IMG/VR virus record: IMGVR_UViG_3300029258_001469
Span: 1 to 36,837 of that record
Strand: one strand, 5' to 3'
Length of the DNA: 36,837 nt
From: a virus
Taxonomy: Duplodnaviria; Caudoviricetes
Positions 35,719 through 36,837 of the stretch are shown here, piece after piece. Below the pieces are notes generated by a model. That model ran no database searches. It worked only from the letters and a program-made list of their open reading frames with translations, and had not been told where the DNA came from. Position numbers and translations under genes: made by a program. The number at the start of each line of letters is the position of its first letter. The first letter of the stretch is position 1.

Positions 35719-36837
35719 ATGGCAATAATTACTTCAGCCAAGTTTGGCACAGGAAAATTTGGGCAATCTGGATTTAATACAATCCTAGAAAAGTTTTTGA
35801 TAGATACATTACTATCAAGACTTGATAAAGGTAGAGTAATCTATGACACTTTATTATCAAGGACTAGTGTAGAAAAGAATATTATAATAGATACATTATT
35901 AGAAGGAAAGGATACTAGTAATTACCTTAATGATGTAATAACGCAATCATCAGAAATAAAAGATATAAATATAGATACTTTATTAACCTTATTAAGAAAG
36001 GATGAAATAACTATCGATGCTCTTTTAGAGAGTGGTGTATCTAGAAATTATCTCATAGATATGCTAGCTAAAAGAATAAGAAGTGTAGATTCAGATATAG
36101 ATACTATGTTAAGTAGAGAAAACTTAACAGTAGAACAGGTTATAGATACAGTATTATTAAAATTATTAGAAAAGAATGTAAATGTAGATACTATCTTAGA
36201 AAATCAATCAGAAAGTGTCTCATATGCTATATCCTTAGTATTAGTATATGGATTTTCTTATAAGTATTTATATTTTGATACATTACTAAAAGACGTATTG
36301 GTTAAGCAAAAAATAGATATGGATACATTATTAGAGAAATTTAATGTAGATAAAGATACATTATTTGATATATTGTTAAGTAGGGTATCATTAGAAAAGG
36401 ATATCCCAATAGATATCATACTAATTAGAGAAAATATCAAAAAGGATATGAAATTTGATACTATTCTCAATAAATTAAATGTCGATAGAAAATATCTCAT
36501 AGATATCTTATTAGAGCATACAGTTGAATTAGGTATGAATATAGATATAATATTATCTAGAGCTAGTTTAGAAGAATATGATATAGATACTTTATTATAT
36601 AAAACTCTATCTAAAGGTTACAATATAGATACAATATTAACTGAAACTTCAGCAAAATCAGCTTTTATAGATTTGTTGGCTAAAAAAATAAATATCCCAA
36701 AATCATATTTAATGGATACTTATTTATCTATGGGAGCTAACACTAAAGAATATAAATTAGATACTTTATTAACCTTGTTAGATATAGAGGAAGAAATAAC
36801 AACTGATACTCTATTGAGTTTAGCTAGAACTGATAGG
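35719..36837 (+). CDS. 13-15-aa DTLL-repeat protein, truncated by the window end
   Basis: Open frame of 373 codons, MAIITSAKFGTGKFGQSGF...IDTLL...YDTLL...IDTLL; absent from the track because there is no stop. Confidence 0.85.
   Translation, partial: MAIITSAKFGTGKFGQSGFNTILEKFLIDTLLSRLDKGRVIYDTLLSRTSVEKNIIIDTLLEGKDTSNYLNDVITQSSEIKDINIDTLLTLLRKDEITIDALLESGVSRNYLIDMLAKRIRSVDSDIDTMLSRENLTVEQVIDTVLLKLLEKNVNVDTILENQSESVSYAISLVLVYGFSYKYLYFDTLLKDVLVKQKIDMDTLLEKFNVDKDTLFDILLSRVSLEKDIPIDIILIRENIKKDMKFDTILNKLNVDRKYLIDILLEHTVELGMNIDIILSRASLEEYDIDTLLYKTLSKGYNIDTILTETSAKSAFIDLLAKKINIPKSYLMDTYLSMGANTKEYKLDTLLTLLDIEEEITTDTLLSLARTDR

Noticed and set aside
10344-36500. Minus-strand and nested track ORFs inside structural genes (e.g. 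10344, 15973, 16257, 17573, 24202, 25163, 26530, 35448, 36258)
   Set aside because: Overlap well-supported longer genes; low-complexity mirror translations

Overview
AT-rich segment of a tailed dsDNA virus (Caudoviricetes, siphovirus-like) that most likely infects an archaeon. The evidence is an Alba gene, BRE+TATA promoters (CGAAA-n-TTATA), GGTGA/GGAGG Shine-Dalgarno sites and a TTT-CGT frameshift site. The left ~8.1 kb is transcribed on the minus strand. It holds an operon of coupled microproteins (several Zn-ribbons), an AT-rich hairpin region, an HNH gene, and a strikingly modular array (about 4.0-7.7 kb) of promoter-gene-terminator cassettes. These cassettes are separated by a conserved GGTGGG-N3-5-CCCACC/CCACCC palindrome and TG-N11-CA boxes. 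The same region contains a 19-bp-period repeat tract and a probable ~320-nt structured ncRNA. The right ~28.5 kb is a plus-strand morphogenesis module: TerS, TerL, Alba, portal, two different prohead-protease-like genes, an accessory island (HIT-like, stand-alone PAS), decoration protein, HK97-type MCP, neck genes, two tandem tail-tube paralogs, a tail chaperone with a +1 frameshift, a LAGLIDADG gene, a 2089-aa repeat fibre, a sequon-rich membrane-anchored protein and a truncated DTLL-repeat protein. No tape measure gene follows the chaperone. All calls are from motif recognition and gene order by eye; no database searches were run.
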